Notes under the pieces: generated by a model
What the model saw: the letters and a program-made list of their open reading frames with translations, nothing else
What the model was told of the DNA's origin: nothing
The model's database searches: none
Shown: positions 23,750-37,881 of the stretch, in pieces
Layout of the letters: each line of letters starts with the position of its first letter
Position numbering within the stretch: position 1 is the first letter of the stretch
Source of the DNA: Puccinia triticina
Taxonomy: Eukaryota
Reading direction: 5' to 3'
Length of the DNA: 64,000 nucleotides
Assembly (NCBI GenBank): GCA_026914245.1
Contig: CP110439.1
Location: 8,742,001-8,806,000 of the forward strand
Made by a program: the position numbers and the translations under genes

Positions 23750-25954
23750 TCGCTCAAGAGGGCATTGCTGAGACCAAGGCTGAGTGAGAGCTCTCAAGCT
23801 CATCCGGTTCTGGGACAAGATCTGCGGGGTACAGATCACTAACCAAAAGCAATGGCCCATTGGAGATAAGTGGAGACGCCGGTAGGGAGTCGATCTGCTG
23901 GCTTGCTTGTGGGTCCAAAAGTTGTTCCTCTTCGCGGGCAGAGGTAGTCGGTGAGGCCAGCGGGATGCCCACAGGGCCCGAGGAGAGGACACGTGGTTGA
24001 GAGATAGGGGCCATCTCTCCGCTGCATGGCTCGCCCCAATCGGTTACTGAGGTGCTTGGGGGACACATTGATTTCCTGGTAGAGGGTGACACATCTTCAG
24101 TTGGCCGATCCATGGTCATACTAGGAGATCCCAAAGCCGAGGGAGTGCCCACTTTGGTGGCAGGCAAGACACAGGTTGGCAAAATCCGACCAGAAGAAGA
24201 AACCCACTTGGGGGTGACCTTCACCGCAGAATCGTTGGCCTGGAGAGCTTTCGGGCCGACCTTTGCGTTGCGGGCATTGATCGGCATCCGGTCGGCCAGC
24301 TCTTGAAGGGTGTACACAGGCTTATTGGTCATGGGGAAATCCTTGGTTGTGGGAGGAGTATCCATGTCGACGTTGGGGGCTGAGAAATAGAGGGCTTGGG
24401 CCCAAATCCAGAGGTTATTTGTGTAGATCCCAATCAAACTTTGGGTTGGATTCAACGGATCTTTGATGAATTTTGTTTCGCCATTGCATCCGTACTTCGT
24501 CATGATGTGGGCAGTTATTGCGCCAACAAGCTTGATCACCTCAGCTGAGTCCACATCAGCCTTCGGCTGCACATGTGAGAGACCATATCAGCTTTGGCAA
24601 GGGCACAGCCACGTCAGAATGATTAAGACGTACATTCAGGACCAAACGATTGGCCTTGCGTTGCAGCGCCAAACGCGTCTCTTTGGGTGTGTAATTGAGA
24701 GCTAGGTTTTCGTCCTGAGCTCTTGCCTGTAATTAAAAAAGCCCCGTTCATTAGCATGTGGAATAAACCAACCAAATTTACTCTGTGAGGGGCGCAGGGA
24801 CAAACCGCGGCGGCTTGCTTCTGATGGGCCACGGGATCATCCATAGTGATCCTAATCACGACATTGTTTGACGGGTTGCGGACCACCTTGGCAACAAAAG
24901 CCGCAAATTCCTCCTTGGTCGAAATAGCCACATTTGCCTTGACCCCAAAGACCCGGTTGTTGCGGATGATGCACCTCCACTGCAGTTTACCCCCCTGTGC
25001 CTCCATGGTCCGTAGGTGCAATGCCACATGGGCGCGTGCGCCACCGACCCGGTTCATGACCTCCGACTTGAAGTTAGCCCACAAATGCAAGGTGATGCTG
25101 GTTGTCCAGGTTGGCTTGTCCGTGGTGCTGTGGCCTAACTTGGACCATTCCAGGGTTGACGCCACAGCCTTTCCCTTATTTGCCACCGCAAGCTGGTGGG
25201 CCACTGCGGGGACAAATACCGCACACTCCAGGGCAATTGTACACACGTTCTCTTGCTTTTTGGGGGCAGTTGGTTTGGCTCAGAGGGATTAAAAGGCTGC
25301 AAGGTATCGTTTGGCTGGGACTGGGAAGGGTCTTGTGAATCACCAAACAAGACATACAACCTCAAGTCGCCGACATCGCCCAGGGACAGGCCCAAGTAGG
25401 ATTCCTGAGAGCCATTTGGATCGTTGGGGAATGGGAGGGGCGGCAACATTGAGCTTTGGTGGGTATACATGGAATCCTGACGTGTTCAAAATTGCCAGAT
25501 CAGCATGTGAAGGTGCAGGACCTGATCATGATGAAGAAAAACTCACCAACAGTGTTTTTTCCTGGGTCCGGATATCGGGGCGGGAGCAAATTCTGAGGTG
25601 GGAGACAGATTGACTGGATTCAAGATGTGGCACCGGGGTTTGGAGGGGAGGACAGTTAGTCAGGAGGTTAAGTGGGGGAGGGGACTGGAAGAAATGGCAC
25701 TCACGATAGGCCAGTCGAAATCTTTTGGGTTGATTAGTGAGGCCTGGTGATGGACGGCAGCTGGAAAAAAATGGGACAGCCGGAATGTGGGTGGGTGGGT
25801 TGGGGGGGGGGGGGGGGGGGGGGGGGGGACAGCGGCCAACCGGATTCGGGGGGGGGGGGGGGGGGGGGGGGCATGGAGAGAGGAGAGAGAGAGGAGGGCG
25901 ACAGAGAGATGAAGAGCTGTATTCTTCTGTTGGCTGAAGTCAGCTGTGGCTGAA

Positions 25955-26440
25955 TGTGAGGATCCACCTACTACTCAGTTCGCTATGAGGCTATGAAACT
26001 TACCCAAGAGGGAAGTTCGCCGAATGCTTGAATAGTAGATATAAGATTCAGTAGATTCCGAGTGTTATAAAGTTTCTTATGAATAAGATTTTGATGGTTT
26101 TTGGTTTCCGAGAGTGAATTACTCGGATAGATAACAATATAGATGATGAGGAAAACTATGACAAATAATATCCCGATAGGGAAGAGAGGAAAAGGAGAAG
26201 AATCGGACAAATTAAAAGAGCACAACATAAGTCGAATCGTAACAACTCCGATGACATCATCGAGAACAGGAATACGTCATTATCATTAATCATGCGGATC
26301 GGAAATTATCATCACCATTGTCCAGGAACACCGCCCCGCCGATCGACCTAGAAAAGGCTTAGTAAGGAAAGCAAAACAATTAGCCCGTCCTTGCGTAACA
26401 ATCGACTGCATGTCGTAACAATAAGAAATAAGTTGTTACA
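25955..26440 (-). mobile_element. Solo LTR inserted in the right TIR of the Tc1 element
   Basis: TG...CA ends, a 5-bp TSD CTGAA (25950-25954 and 26441-26445), and similarity to the LTR at 8844-9293. Confidence 0.9.
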
Positions 26441-26721
26441 CTGAAGTCAAGTTGGCGGTCCAAAGTCGGACCGCCGGAAAGGCAAGCTTTCTCGATATTG
26501 CTGTATGGTGTCCCCTATCATCCACGGGCTTCCGTCCATTTCTCTCCAAAACTCAAAACATTAGCTGAACCATGTCACAGCCTTACGTTTCACTTGGGCA
26601 CCACGAAAGTCTCCTTGCAGCCATAGCGTGAAGAGATAGGTCCACAATCACTTTGGCTACTGGCTCCAGTTTGTCATCTAGCGCACCATTGCCCTAACAT
26701 AGTAGATACTTGGACGAGAAC

Positions 26722-27431
26722 ATGATCACGAGCAAGAAAGCTTTATTTTACATGGCTCTGTACACGCTAGGGGCCAGTCAACTGTTACTGTCTGCTCCTA
26801 CGGAAAGCTTGAGTAAGATATTTGCTGATATCTCTCGCTATATCGATCTTCTCTCATTCAATACTCTGACTGGCTTGGCCATGCCTCGCATTTCGGTGCG
26901 TCCCTATAGACGATGCCCAATCCGTCCGTCGTGAGCATTTCGCCGACGGCCTTCTCAAGGCTCAGATGGGGGAGAACGGCGAAGGTAAACAATGTCATGT
27001 CCTATGTTCCCTTGCGAAAACTTACCAACTAACTGTTTGGATGTCGAGCAGCTAGTCGTGCCATCGCAGGACCGGCGAGGCGCCCAAAATCGGGACCCGT
27101 GGAGCCGGAGGGCCGTGCCGGTGGCCCGCAGAAAGCACTTCTTCGGGCCCCCCAGACTAACGACAGAGGATTGACCGACATGGAAAAGATAGGTTTACGA
27201 ATGCAGCGATTCCTGAAGACCGTCCATAACAGAATAACGAGGCAGGGAGGCCTTACGCGGCAAGACAAAGAGGACTGGGCAAGGCTCGCGGTCGGCTATC
27301 GCCAGTGGATGGCCCAGACACATCCGTCCGGGCTGGTGGCCCCTGAGGTCGATGAAGCCGTGCTGCAGACATTCATCAGGGCGATGACCGACCTGTCTAA
27401 GATGCCACTTCAACCTGAAGAAGCCTCGTGA
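26722..27431 (+). CDS. Small secreted protein / candidate effector (3 exons, 175 aa, no Cys)
   Basis: Exons 26722-26812, 26910-26984 and 27070-27431 splice in frame through GT-AG introns. The N-terminus MITSKKALFYMALYTLGASQLLLS-AP resembles a signal peptide. Confidence 0.72.
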
Positions 27432-27969
27432 CTCAGCCGGTCGCCTCCCGCGAGATTCTTGTGTTGGTTCAACAACTTCACTCTTGCCTCGACAGAAAGC
27501 AGGATAAGATCAACAAAAGGCATCCACTCTTGACCAACTATCCAGCACTCACTCAAAACCATGGCCCAGTTCTTGCTTCTCTTCTCACCAGAATCTCGCT
27601 GGCTTTCGTCTATTGTGGTTCCACTTAAGCTTGAACAACTCCAGATTTTCATTGTGCTAAATTTATGGCTTTGGGGCATACACCCCTGTGAAAGTTTTGT
27701 TTTCTGTCCAGCACACAGCTCCAAGCCTGTGCTGTCACCCCCCTCTATCATACAAGCCACGGAATGCTGTGAGGATTTTTCACTCAGCCCCAAAAGGAGC
27801 AAAAACCTGGACTTCAATGTCAGTAATGCTGAAAGGATACGGGCCAGGGATTGGTATTGCCCAGGTATTAGATTTTGATACAGGCCAATACATTGGATTG
27901 GTGTTAAATCTGAAGAACAATACAATCTGCATGTATTGGTCATCTATTGGATTGCCAATACAACATGGT

Positions 27970-28138
27970 GGAGGACTTCCCGTTGATCTGGAAAGTCAGA
28001 TCTGAGCCACCAGATATCAAATTTTGCAGGGAAATCTGGGTCCCCGAAGATCCCCAAAGTGATCCAGAGTTCCAGATTCCAGATTCCCCTGCAAAATCTA
28101 AAATTCCAGATCTGTTCAAAAGTGACGGGAAGTCCTCC
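27970..28138. mobile_element. MITE-like inverted repeat remnant
   Basis: ggaggacttcccgt / acgggaagtcctcc, plus an inner pair ttttgcagggaaatctgg / ccagattcccctgcaaaa. Confidence 0.55.
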
Positions 28139-28770
28139 GGTATTGGGAAAATGTTGGATTTAGTCCAGATTTCCCAGAAAGTGGCATTTTTTGTGAATAC
28201 AACATGTGTCACTGTCTCTAGCATATAACAAAAAAAAAGACATACATTACAAAAAGGACATGAAAACAGAAGAAAAATTATATATAGTCCATGTTGTTTG
28301 GCTACTAGAATGCCTGTATGGTTGGGGGCTTGGTTCAGAAGGAGGGATGAATTTCAATCAAAGTGGAGGCTTTGAAGTTTGAGGGCACATTTTGGGGTTT
28401 TCTTGCCTGGCGCAAGAGACAAATCCAGAGTTGCATAGTGGAGTGCAGCATTCTGATTGATCAAGGCATTGGTAAGGAAAACTTTGTTGTCTACTTACCA
28501 ATGTGGTCTGCTTGAGATCAAGCCATTGAGCCTCTACCCTCTGATAAATCAGAACCTCAAGAGAAAGACTTCAATCTGGCTTTGTTTTTTGCTTCAGTCT
28601 ACCATCATGACACCTTGTACACCATAGAGATATTCATTTGGTACCCACAGCAGGTACCTCTTGCGCCCACCACACACCCACCCAGTGGTGCCAGGTGTGG
28701 TACTACCTGATTTGGCCAGAAAGCGGTGCAGTACCCGGGTACTGCTTGGTACCCTGGCTCAGAATGACTA

Positions 28771-29761
28771 CAGTGCGGGACACCACTTTTGTGCTAGCCC
28801 CCTGGGGGTGTCCCAAATGTTGGGCTCGAGAAATTCACAAAAATCCCCCAATACCCTGGGGGTTGTGGGGAGGGTTAGGAGGGTGACCAGTGTAAAAATC
28901 ACGAGTCCAAGTGCAAGATTTCTTTCCCCACCCTCCAAGATGGCGCCTACATATGACAACAGAACAAAGAGCTCAGATCAAAAGACAAAGAAAAGAGTCC
29001 TTACTTCAAAGAAAATCCTCCTCAAGCCAACCAAAAAAGCCGCTGAAACCCTTCTTGCAGCCTTGAAAACCGCCTGTTGTCCTTATTGCTGACAAAGACA
29101 ACCCTATTTTAATTGAAAGCAAGAATGATCAGGATAATTGTGGTCTATTCAAAACTCCTCTCTTAGAAAAATATCAAGAAGAAGAAATTGCTATGGCTGA
29201 AGAGATTCAACAGATGCTTAATTGGTGTCGCAATGGCAAAACCTCCAACGAAAATGATGAAGTTGACAAAGCTACCAGGAAGATCTTGTGGCCAATCTTG
29301 TACTCAAAGGATAAAGAAGAGCAAGCACAGAAGAAAAGGCAAATTCTCAAAAGTGGAAATTCAATGTACAAGATGCCAGTTCCTAGCTCCAACCCAAACT
29401 CAAAGAAACTTGTTCTTTTCCTATGAATACAAGGCCTTGTTTTTGTACAGCAATGCTCCAAAACCCACTATAAGTGCATAATATACACTTAATACATAGT
29501 CTATATGCATAATGCACCTCCATAGTGCCATACTATGGCCTGTAAGTCCATGTGTCCCAAATCCAAACCACCCAAAAAGTGAAACTTTTTTCTGAGCAGT
29601 GCCACAGAGCTGGCAAGATATTTATAGAATCCCCTAGCTCTGTAGAGCTCGAAAATGTCACTTTGGTGTATTTTACATGATATATGTAAACCCTGATAGG
29701 TCTCAAAAAATAAAAACATTTTTGCGGGCGCGGGCTAGCACAAAAGTGACGTCCCGCACTG
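28771..29761. mobile_element. Non-autonomous Tc1/mariner-type element (991 bp)
   Basis: 30-bp TIR cagtgcgggac..acttttgtgctagccc with 2 mismatches, TA TSD on both sides, and decayed internal ORF remnants. Confidence 0.85.
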
Positions 29762-30478
29762 TATCTCTAGTACACCAGCAGAAGTTACTGGCAAGATTGT
29801 AGCTTTACCTAAACATCCTGTGTTTGAGAAAACACCTGCCATATCAAGCCCTGATGTCATGGACCACACACTCCTGGTTTGAAAGGCTGGAGATCCGAGC
29901 TCCTTCCCCATCCTGCAATCTACCATATTGGATCCAAAACCCTCATACTATCTCTTCCTCTCCACAAATCAGACCTGAAAAATGTCTGGAATTCCTTCCT
30001 TTTCTTAAACCTCAAAGGAGCCTGGAGCATTGACTCAACAGAACAGCATGCATACCTTTGTCTGGCCAACCACAAGGATATCCTTACAGAGGCAGCCTTT
30101 TACATAAAAAAAATCAAAGATAACAATATCAGTACATACATAAATATGCGAGTGTTGGAAACATCAGACTGGTTGGATACAAGTCAACATTTATTAGTGG
30201 GATTCAAAGTAAAATCCCGCGTGCATGCAAGTCAATTTGCATACTGGCATGTCCCCCGCCAAACTTCAAACTTACCTTGAGCACCCCGCTCTGAGCGGTC
30301 TTGCAGAACTTTCCAGCTCATAGCCTCATACCCATACACCCACAACATTTCGCACTTTCCACCACCCCACACAACCCATCCAACCCTCCAACCTTCTCCG
30401 ACCATGCCACGTCACACAGAGCGAGCTTCAACAATCAATTGATTAACCCGCCTCATCCAAAGCCAAGTCCGGGGAGCC

Positions 30479-31776
30479 ATGATTGAATCTGCCTTGAACA
30501 ATGAATCCGACTCAAGCGAGAACAGCGACTTGGAGGATGCTGTCGTCGCGCTCATCATGATCAAGAAACACCGCTACCTCGCTCCTCGCATACGATTGGG
30601 CCGTGCTCCAGACAACACCGAATACCTCTTCAGCCTTGACAAAACACGGTTCAAACAGGAATTCAGGATGTCTCAGCCGTATTTCTTTCGTCTTCTCTCC
30701 AAAATCGAAGGCCACCCAATATTCCAAAACAACTCGAACGTCCCTCAACGCCCTGTCCGCGAGCAACTGATGGTCACATTGAAGCGGATGGGACTGTATG
30801 GCAATGGAGCCTCGGTCGGCATGTTAGCTCGGTTTTTCCGAATATCCGAGGGGGCAGTTATCTTATACTGCTCAAGGACAATAGAGGCCATCCTATCTCT
30901 TGAAAGGTTAGTGCTTCTTTTCCTATGGGTTCCAATTGTCTGGTAGATTGATTCTGGTTGGTTTGTCCTTTATTTTTGTAGAACTTATGTCCAATGGCCA
31001 GATGCCCAAGCACGTCAAGCACTGGCCTCGCGAATCTCCAGCTTCACGGGATTCCAAAACAGTGTTGGCTTCATCGACGGCACGCTATTTCCTCTATACG
31101 ACAAGCCAACCATCAATCCTCAAGACTATTACTCTCGTAAGGGCTATTACGGGCTGGGGGCCTTAATAGTTTGTGATGAAGAAAAACGAATCACGTACTA
31201 CATGAAGGGATGGCCTGGTAAGTCTCTTCATTCCTTTGTTTTGATTTGTTGTCTTAAATTCTTCCTGATGACTCGTTCACCTGCTCAGGATGTTGCCACG
31301 ATACCCGCCTCTGGGAGAACACTGAGCTCAAGCTCAAGGAGAGCGAGCTTTTCACCCCAGGGCAGTACCTGGTGGCCGATTCAGGTTTTCCGGCCGAATC
31401 AAATGTAGTACCAGCATTCAAACGCCCGCCCCATGGGGCCCTGTCTTGACCCCAAAAGCGATTCAACCGCCATCTCAGCTCCGTTCGAGTTTGTAACGAA
31501 CATTGCATCGGAATCCTCAAAGGACGATTCCAAAGCTTGCGAGGACTTCGGAAAGACCTCAGCTCAGCCGGGACAATGGAAAAGATCACACATTGGATAT
31601 CAGCATGTGTGATCCTCCATAACTTCCTCCTTCAAGATGATTCCCCTGACTTTTACCAGGGTGAAGTGGACGACATTGATTCAAACAATGACGGAGCCCG
31701 ACAGGACCGTAGCATCATTGGTAGCCAAATGCGAGATTGCGTCTTTGCTGAGTTAATTGAATACTTAGACTCTTGA
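30479..31776 (+). pseudogene. Harbinger/HARBI1-type DDE transposase, 3 exons, premature TGA
   Basis: FKQEFRM, GFIDGT, YSRKG, GWPG|CCHD, YLVADSGF, VCNEHCIGILKGRF and ACVILHNFL. TGA at 31447-31449. Confidence 0.9.
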
Positions 31777-32304
31777 CGCTTTCCTTGTTCTTGTCCATCC
31801 ACTCTTTCATTTCTCCGTTTTTGTATTTTATATTGGTCTTCGGAGTCTGTGTCTATTGGTCTTCAGAGTCTGTGTCTTGTGTCAAAAAATAAAATACAAA
31901 AATATGTTCAAAACACACGAATACCCAAACAAAGCCCAGAACCCCAAACTTCTACAAATTTGGAGCGAGAGCTTAAGAGCAAAAAACCCAGATCCATGTT
32001 TCACAATTGGTTCCGGGCTCTCAGCGATTTTTTGTGCACTCGCTCGCAGGAACTCAGTTCAAAGATATTTTCATTGACCATGTTTCACTATTGGTTCCGG
32101 GCTCTCAGCAATTTTCTGTGCACTCGCTCGCAGGAACATAAGAGGAAAAAGAGCAAGTGAAAATTGGCCATTGCAGAAGAAAGAGATTGGAAAATGTACA
32201 TCGGCTTCAGTCCTTTACAACGATGAAAGTATAGTAGATGAAAGTGGAGAAGAGGGTGTTTACAGATGAGGTCGGCGAGTGAAGATAGAAAGAAATATGT
32301 ACAA

Positions 32305-33416
32305 CTAAGAAGAGTCATTGGATTCATCATCAGATCCCTCACCTCCGTCATCCATTTCGGCTAATTGGGGGAACTCGATTATTGCCTTAGCCTCAATCTC
32401 TTCAAATGATAACCCATGCTCTCTTAATTCTTTCATGTATGCAATCTTGATCTTGCTGGCCTCAGCGCGGGCCCTAGTGATGTCGGCCTGTCGCTTGGAG
32501 ACAATGGATCGCATGTAAAGCTCTTCGGTATTGTTCCGTTTGTGTCTAGAGGACCGGGTAGAGGATTGGGTGGTAGGACGATTCACATGTGATTTGCGTT
32601 TGATTTGCTTGGTCTTCTGGGCCAACACAGCAGGGGTTGAGGTGGAGATTTGTGGAGCAGGAGTTGAGGCGGAGAGTCGGGGTGCAGGCATCAAGGCGGA
32701 GACCTCAGGAAGATTGGACTCGTCACTAGCTAGACTGGCAGAGTCATCGGTGTTACGTGTGGGCTCCGTAGGCGGAGGGTCATTGTTGGGCTCGGGAGAG
32801 TCCTGTCTACCTGGTTGGTCACCACTGACCGAGGATCGAACATGCAATGGTTCGGTGACCGATCTAGATCCCATGATGGGATCAAGAAAACTCCAATAGC
32901 GACATAGAGTGTTGATACAATCTATTTTGGAGAGTCATCAGACAACCTTGCAGTTCAGTTAGATTGCAGCTTGTGTGGAAAGAAGACATACCTTCGACTG
33001 TGCGAACACCATTGATTTCATCATTCTCCATGATCCCCTCGCCAGTGTTCTTCAAAAAGTCCCGAGCAGTGTTGTACGAAGATTGGAGGTCTGAAATCTT
33101 CTGACGGACTCCTGTAAAAGATAACAGACATCAGACACTGGAAATCAGTAATAAATGAAAAGTGAGAGCATCTACCTTTTGTGTCTCTGTGAGTGATACC
33201 CCTGAGGTTCATCAATTGGACAATCTCCAAGCATAGCCGGGTCTTTGTCCGTCCCCTTTCTCCGTTGCCTCGCCAGCGCTTGTAGTTGGTACCTGTTGCA
33301 AGCCATTCAAGAACAATCTCAATGCTTGACTCGCCTCCGTTAACTCCATCGCGATCCCATGGAATCAAGGGCTTCTTGGTCTTTGGTCGAGTTGATAGAG
33401 GGATTTGGGGTGACAT
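32305..33416 (-). CDS. Harbinger accessory Myb/SANT-like DNA-binding protein (spliced)
   Basis: W..DG...S...L.WL...NY.RWRG...K...C.EI and the LCRYW..LDPIMG motif. Convergent with the transposase, inside the TIRs. Confidence 0.75.
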
Positions 33417-35004
33417 CGTTGAAGGCGAGAGTGTACAAGAAATTCCAAGAAGAGCTTTGTAGATGTGATGGTGTGTTGCAGATGTTTAGGTGAGGATGGG
33501 GCTGAGGAGCATTCGAAGAGAGGGAGGTCGATGGCTGTCTTTTATGAGTTTTCTTGGGATCGGGGGCTGGTGACTGTGGCGAGGGGTGATCTTGAGTGGT
33601 GACTGAGGTTTGAGATGAGCGCTGAAGGGGCAGGACAGCCGACTTGCGTGGCAAGGCAAGTCGGCGTTCAACTCAAATGTTGAACGTCGACTTGCCAGTT
33701 TGGCATGCAAGTCTCCCCGCCAAATTGGGGTATGCAAAGTGACCTGCATGCACGCGCGGGTCAACTTTGAAACCCCCTATTATCCTAAATGTTTGCTTGC
33801 AGGAAGCAGAAATGTGACCAGGTGCAACTTTCCAGCCCCTGTCCAGGTTCCAACTACAAGCTGCTTTTTAAAATCTTCAACACCCCGGGTGGAAGTCCGA
33901 TTGACTTGAAAGATAATTGTCCGGGATTTGGTATCCTGTTTATACAGTTATTGATTGGATACCCATCAAAGCTATGCAAAAACACAAAACAAAGGAATTT
34001 GAACACATTTGTATGAGAGAGTTTTTGTGGATTTTGTGCTAAATTAATCATTTGAATTGAAAATAGTGGTGGACTTCTTGTTTTGATCTGGGAAGCTTGC
34101 AGAAGTGACCTAGAGCCCAAAAATCTGAATTTCCCTGCAAAAATCTTGTGTGTAAACCAAAACCTGTGGGGGTCCCAGATTGCACAGGAAGTTCTCCAGT
34201 CTTCAACAGCCTCTAATAGGATCCGTTGAAGCCCCTGGCATTGCTTGGTGGTCAGTGGTGCCTATCAAATCATAAATTTGACTCTTTTGGAGACCTTAAG
34301 TTAAAATCACAATAGTTTTCAATTAACTGGAAGCATTGAGGTGTACTATTGCAAGTTTGAGTGTAGACCCATCTTTTTTTTTAAAAAAAAAAGCTGGGGG
34401 ACATTTTGTCAAACTTTCAGTCTTTTGCAGAAAAAGTTTGTTCCATGAGCGCCCCAATAGCACTCTTCACGTAAGCTAAACATCAGCAAGATTGAAATAA
34501 AGTTTATCCCATTGTGCCAGCCAATTTGGCTGGGAAAGTATGCTGATGTATATCTCTCACCATGGTCATAGATTTCTTATGTGAACAGATCTTTAGGAAT
34601 ACGCAGGTGACACTGGACATCACGCCAGAAATGGTCTCCAAATGGACCCGGTACCCCACAATCCTCTCTGGGTTTCCTTCTTAAGACTCAAAAACACCTT
34701 GGCCTTGAATCAACGGAGTGTCACATCAGTGATCTGTTGTATGAGCTTTCTTTTTCTGATTTCTTGAATGGCGAACTCCTTATTTGGTGTGCTTTTGGTC
34801 GCAAGAAGTGCGGTTTCTGCTCTCGTTCCATTCCAACAAACATGCAATGCCGCCTAATTCACAAGAGGGATATCAGCAAGAGGCGGAGAAGGGTTTTAAC
34901 GTTGTGTACATCTGATATTGATTGATATCAAGGTTGTCATTATGGTCAAGTTTGTAGTAGAAAATCAAACAGGCCGAAGACGATAACCTATCCTTTTAAG
35001 AAAA

Positions 35005-37168
<2,164 letters not shown>

Positions 37169-37881
37169 TTCTTGTCTTCCAACGATGTATAGTGGGAAGT
37201 TGGGTGTATTATGCCGAGTGAAGTTTTGGAGGTAAGCCCTCGCGGGGGGCGCCTCTCGGGGGCGCGGGGCCGTCCAGAAAGTCATATTGAATAAACCTTG
37301 CTGGACTTTATGCAAAACACATCGATCGGTCTTGGCCAGTTTACCACACGGGGTTGCCTGTTGACCATCTCACGAGCTTAACTAAGCCTCTCGTGGTGAG
37401 CGAGAGTGCGGGCAGGTCTGGGCGGCAGCCCAGTCTCACCAGAGAGGCTTATGCACAAGCACGCAAATCCCGCGTGAGCGTGGCGTGATATAGAGGCCGT
37501 TTTTAAGGTATTCTCTTGTGGCTTCTACACTACTCATCACAAGTTCTTGTTGTTTTGTTTTTCTGGCTGTTTGCCATGCTCGTGATTTTTCCGTTTTTTT
37601 TTGTTGATGTATTTCCGTTCCTTCATTTTTGAAAACGGATATCAAGAAATTCAAAATAAATCATTCCAATTAATTAAGCGGTCACATTATAATGAAGAAC
37701 ATCATGTAATATCGATTACTAACCATAATTAACAAAACAGTAATTACATAGAGAGCAACTAAATGAACATTAACAACAGTGAAATAAAGAGCCCAATTCG
37801 GTACATGAGCATGTTGATCGAGGCAAGTCCAAGTTGATCAAAATCAACAGAAGACCCCCACGAATATCAGTCAAGATCACA

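Larger units (their letters stand above)
11621..25470 (-). pseudogene. Second (accessory) gene of the Tc1 element, split by the Gypsy insertion; coding parts about 25470-23750 and 12279-11621
   Basis: The reading frame continues across the TCGC target site (..SAMPS*A|STDIEYV..). Introns near 24.57-24.80 kb, a frameshift near 25250, TGA at 23754-23756. The C-terminal helical motif MEDFLNHC..HWSFF...L..MNFP...RQLMSGA looks SAM-like. Confidence 0.7.
9329..26503 (+). mobile_element. Tc1/mariner (DD34E) DNA transposon, about 5.2 kb net, with two nested LTR insertions
   Basis: TA TSD at 9327-9328 and 26504-26505. TIR cagcaatatcgagaaagcttgc / gcaagctttctcgatattgctg, extending imperfectly for about 300 bp and including poly-C/poly-G tracts. 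Confidence 0.92.
30196..33778 (+). mobile_element. PIF/Harbinger-group (PHIS) DNA transposon with two convergent genes
   Basis: Imperfect TIRs of about 50 bp (agtgggattcaaagt..gcgtgcatgcaagtca / tgacctgcatgcacgc..actttgaaaccccct) and a 3-bp ATT duplication (30193-30195 and 33779-33781). Confidence 0.85.

Noticed and set aside
8844..26440. One large LTR element bounded by 8844-9293 and 25955-26440
   Set aside because: The two LTRs are clearly diverged, the right one has its own CTGAA TSD, and the gag remnant lies outside the interval.
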